From positions 215,264,001-215,328,000 of the forward strand of contig NC_058375.1 of the NCBI RefSeq assembly GCF_018350175.1: DNA of 64,000 bases, written 5' to 3'. Positions 60,101 to 64,000 of this stretch are shown in pieces. Under the pieces are notes generated by a model. That model saw nothing but the letters and a program-made list of their open reading frames with translations, was not told the DNA's origin and did not search any database. A program made the position numbers and the translations under genes. How positions within the stretch are numbered: the stretch's first letter is position 1; every line of letters starts with the position of its first letter. Source of the stretch: Felis catus (lineage: Eukaryota).

Positions 60101-60293
60101 GGGGCGCCTGGGTGGCTCAGTTGGTTGAGCGTCTGACTCTTGATGTCGGCTCAGGTCCTGGTCCCAAGGTTGTGGGATCGAGCCCCGTGTTGGGCTCTGT
60201 ACTGAGCGTGGAGATTGCTTGGGATTCTCTTTCCCTCTCTCTCCCTCTGCTCATATCCCCTGCTCATTCTCTCTCTCTCTCTGAAAAAAAAAA
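60101..60293 (+). mobile_element. Can-SINE (older type)
   Basis: TSD AAAATCAG(T/C)GTAGTG. Confidence 0.92.
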
Positions 60294-62227
60294 AAATCAG
60301 CGTAGTGCAATAGTTGGCTGTCTCTTACTGTTGACTTTGAACCTGTTTTTTTGATCTTGTGGAGTGAGAGGGAAACAGAGATGTGCAGGAGGGGTCTGGG
60401 GGGAGGCAGCAGAAGTCGGGGTCACCAAGGCCACCGGGCAGGTCTGGCCGGATATTGCTGGCGTGTCTGGGAAGAAGTAACAGATGGAAAGCGTGTGAAA
60501 TCTGCGAAAAGCTCAGAGGAGGTGTTTCCTGATTGAGATCTAGCTGGCAAGTTTCTCGTCTTTCAGTTCATTCTAAAATTCTGCCATTGTTTTAGCGTCT
60601 TCTTTTTCTTCGTGATTTTTTTTGGCAGACTTGCTGTTCTGGTCTGTTGATCAGTCTATTTTGGTTTTTACTACCAAATGGCTTTAATTACTGACTCAAA
60701 AAAATGATTTTAGCATCTGTTGTGCAAGTCCCCTTCCTTATTCTCATTCAGAACTTTTCCTGGATTTTCTCGTACATTTAATAACAGGGAGGCGCCTAAG
60801 GCTCATCTTCCAAAACCCTTTATTCTTTCCCCTTCAAAAAAAAAAAAAGACCCTTGTGAATTTTATTGTGATGATGTGAACTTGACAGAATCATTCAGGG
60901 GAGGCTGAAAAAAAAAATGGTATCCTACCATCCAGAAAAAATGGTGTGATTCTCCACTTTTTCAAAGACACGTGGTTTCCTGGTGACGATTAACAGTTTT
61001 ATTCTATGGATCTGGAAGATTTTTGGCTACCTTTTCTCCTAGCCATTTGTGATTGCGAACAAGATACTGTTTCCTATAATTTTTTTTTTCAGTAAGTAAT
61101 TTTTGACATGTAGGAAGGCTATTAAAGATTTGCTTATTTATTTTGGAATGAGTCTCCTTACCGAATTCTTTTATTCTCTCTCTCCTTTTTAAAATTGTGC
61201 CATGGAAGGTTCCTCCTGTTTCTTATTTATTAAACTCCTTTCTTTCCTTCCTACTTCTTTTTTAGTTTTTCTAATCGGAAATGGATGTTGAGTTTGCCAG
61301 AAGGCTTTCTAGCAGCTAGGGAAATGGCATGTTTCCTTTTGATCTGTGATGTATTAGGAAAATGATATATTATATAAATGATCTTAATACTTAGTCGTCC
61401 TCTGTTCTTTGGTCATGGCATATTATCCTCTTAACGTGCTGCGGGATCTCATTTACGTTCAAGGCTATCTGAATCCTAAACATTTGTTATCTCTTGGTAA
61501 CATTTTCAGTGTCGGCAAACCTCTGGAACTTTGTGTCCCTGTGAGGCTCCTGCCTCCTCAGTCCTGCTCCACAGAAGGCACTTGGGTGGTCTTAGGGGAC
61601 CGAACTCAGTCATCACTGCAGATCTCCCACCAGCTGGGTAGCGGAGGGCACATGATATCCGTGGAGTCGTAGGGTCAAAGGGAACATCGTGGACTTCCTC
61701 TCCAGGAAGGCTCTGGATGGTCAGCGGCCGACAGGGAGAGGCCCAGAACCTGGGTGGGAGAGATGGTGTCTGAGTTGCTCTGGACATTTGCTGAGGGGGG
61801 TGGGGCTCACGTATTGGCACCAGGATCCTGCCCTTCCTTTCACAGAGATGGAACGCAGTGCCTAAAGAATATAAAAATTATTTTAACAAAGCAGTTGGAA
61901 GCCGTGCTCAATTATCGATCGGCCTTCCCTGGGGAACGCTCCTGTCTCTCTCTTTGGCTGAGTCTGGAACTCATCTGCGGGGGGAGGGGTGGAGAAGTTT
62001 AGAAGCTCCTGCCGTGTGGGGAAGGTGGGCCTCAGTATAAATAAGCCCCAGCATGGCCAACCCCAGAAATGTGTTATTTATGCAAAGTGGCTTTTGGGTA
62101 TTCAAGTCCAGTAATCAGCTGGCTCGCTGTCGCCCCCTGGAATGCGGATAAGGGTTTGTACTGTTTGCCCAGGAGGATACCGATGAAGACCTTAGTTTCT
62201 GGGCATGGGCCCAAATGCATTCTAGAC

Positions 62228-62400
62228 CAGGGCCTGGCGACTTTTCCTGTGAGGGCCAGCTAGGGTCTTGGCTTCGGCCCAGTGCCAAGCACCCACCCCC
62301 ACCTTTCTGCTTGGCAAAGACCATCCTAATGTGGCGATCCCTGCAGAACAGTGGGGGTGGGGGGTGGATTTGGCCCCCCGGGCACAGTTGGCCAATCCCT
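62228..62400. mobile_element. MER58-like hAT-Charlie MITE
   Basis: CAGGGCCTGGCGACTTTTCCTGTGAGGGCCAG ... GGATTTGGCCCCCCGGGCACAGTTGGCCAATCCCT resemble MER58 termini as I recall them. Confidence 0.65.
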
Positions 62401-63640
62401 TCTCTAGATGACCCGGAAGACATGGGGTGTTCTCGCAGCTTCTGAGCGGCTAGTGAGGAAGCCAAGATGCAAATTGTTTCCCACTGGGACTCTTCTTGGC
62501 CCGAGTGCGGTGCTGAGCTCCCGAGGAAGGGAGAGAGGTCCACCTGCCGGAGAGGCCGGCTCCCCCTGCTCGAAAGCATCCGACATGTCCCTCCCTTCAA
62601 CAGGAGTGGTTGATTCCTTCCGGGCGGAACCTCAGAGAACAACATTTGATGCGTTGAAACGGATGCTGTGGCTTTTGCCCGTTTGACTAGTTACGTCAGC
62701 ATTTTGAGATCCTCCAGTGACAGTGATTTGGATGGTGGCATTAGTTCTGTCACCACGTAACAGACGGACCTCTGGCAAGTTCTCAGCCTGGACTTCGTGA
62801 ATCCGGGGTGTGCCCGCCACCCTCCCCTCTTTCAGTGCAGGGGCCTACGGTGCCGTTTGAAGAGCCAGCGGGGACCCGCGAGGACAGGTAAAGATGTTGG
62901 CGGTGGCCTCAGAGCAGCCTGACCTGCATCTGGAAGAAACTGCAAGCTAGCTGCCGAGTTCACTCCGCTCCACTCTCGTACAGCACAGTACTGTTTTCCA
63001 CCTAAAAAAAAAAAATCTGTGTAAAATGGACAGAATTGACATGAGAATCAGCCAAACAGCCATCTTCCGTGCCTCGTGTAGGAGTTTGTGTGTTATAGAT
63101 GTTCAAGAAGCACGAATTCCCTTCCTGCAAAGACGGCTGGCTCCCTGGGGCTGGGCTTACAGGTGCTGAAGGGGCACCTGCCGCCGACACCGGTCCTGCA
63201 CGGAATCCAGGACCCGGGGTGTCCCGTTCATCAGCAGGCTCCAGCACGAGCAAAGCCAAGCTTTTGTAACCAAAGCCGTAGCCGCGTAGGTTAGTGTTTT
63301 GCCCGTGTGTGTGATCGTTTCTTGGCTAAAGGTATTTAAGCCTTAGATCGTAGCGTGCCACGGGGCAAGAATGAGGTCTCACAGCAGACAGACCCGGGTC
63401 CCCTGCCTGGTCACCTCATCCAGGTCTGGCCTGCGAAGCGTTTACCCAGAATTGGAAGACTTGAACGCAACCCCAGTCAGAATTTGCTTATAGATTTCAA
63501 AGACTGATTGATTGCTTCTTCTTTGGCTCTCGGGGCAGCGGCGGGGGGGGGGTGGTGGTGGTGGTTATTTGATATCAGCAATACAAGTATCTGTGATGGT
63601 TGAACTTCCCAAATGGTAAAACGCTTCATCGTTTTCTTTC

Positions 63641-63855
63641 TTTATTTTTTTTTCAATGTTTTTTATTTATTTTTGGGACAGAGAGAGAGCATGAACGGGG
63701 GAGGGGCAGAGAGAGAGGGAGACACAGAATCGGAAACAGGCTCCAGGCTCCGAGCCATCAGCCCAGAGCCTGACGCGGGGCTCGAACTCACGGACCGCGA
63801 GATCGTGACCTGGCTGAAGTCGGACACCCAACCGACTGCGCCACCCAGGCGCCCC
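63641..63855 (-). mobile_element. Young felid SINE (SINEC_Fc-like)
   Basis: TSD TCATC(G/C)TTTTCTTTC. Confidence 0.94.
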
Positions 63856-64000
63856 TCATCCTTTTCTTTCATTAAGTAGTCCAACCAAATCCTTTGGAGA
63901 CACAGCATAGCTCAGAACCTTTCCTGCTTTACTCTGGGAGGTGGTATTATGTGGTAATGAGGCAGACAGACGCTGGGCAGGACCGCAGGGCCCAAGGCCT

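Overview
This 64-kb window is mammalian genomic DNA from a felid, judged by felid-type Can-SINEs (SINEC_Fc-like) and a felid-type L1 3' end. It lies entirely inside the cold/menthol receptor gene TRPM8 on the + strand. Nineteen consecutive coding exons (3-21 in human numbering, codons ~40-980) have canonical AG/GT boundaries, matching phases and no stops or frameshifts. Exons 1-2 lie upstream and exons 22 onward lie downstream of the window. The introns hold about 28 Can-SINEs, L1, L2, MIR, MER and LTR remnants, a 17-copy 39-bp minisatellite, microsatellites and two N gaps. I found no second gene, no CRISPR array and no clearly new biological system. The best leads are splicing hypotheses: (1) an in-frame alternative donor 27 nt after exon 16, formed at a (GA)n(GT)n microsatellite, that would insert YETETYDDR; (2) an in-frame donor inside exon 17 that would delete V783-Q785, including the Ca2+ ligand Q785; (3) a minisatellite of acceptor-like motifs just before the short exon 8; (4) inverted SINEs bracketing the frame-symmetric exon blocks 7-9 and 16-17. 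Residue numbers, human comparisons and repeat family names come from my recollection and need confirming by alignment or RepeatMasker.
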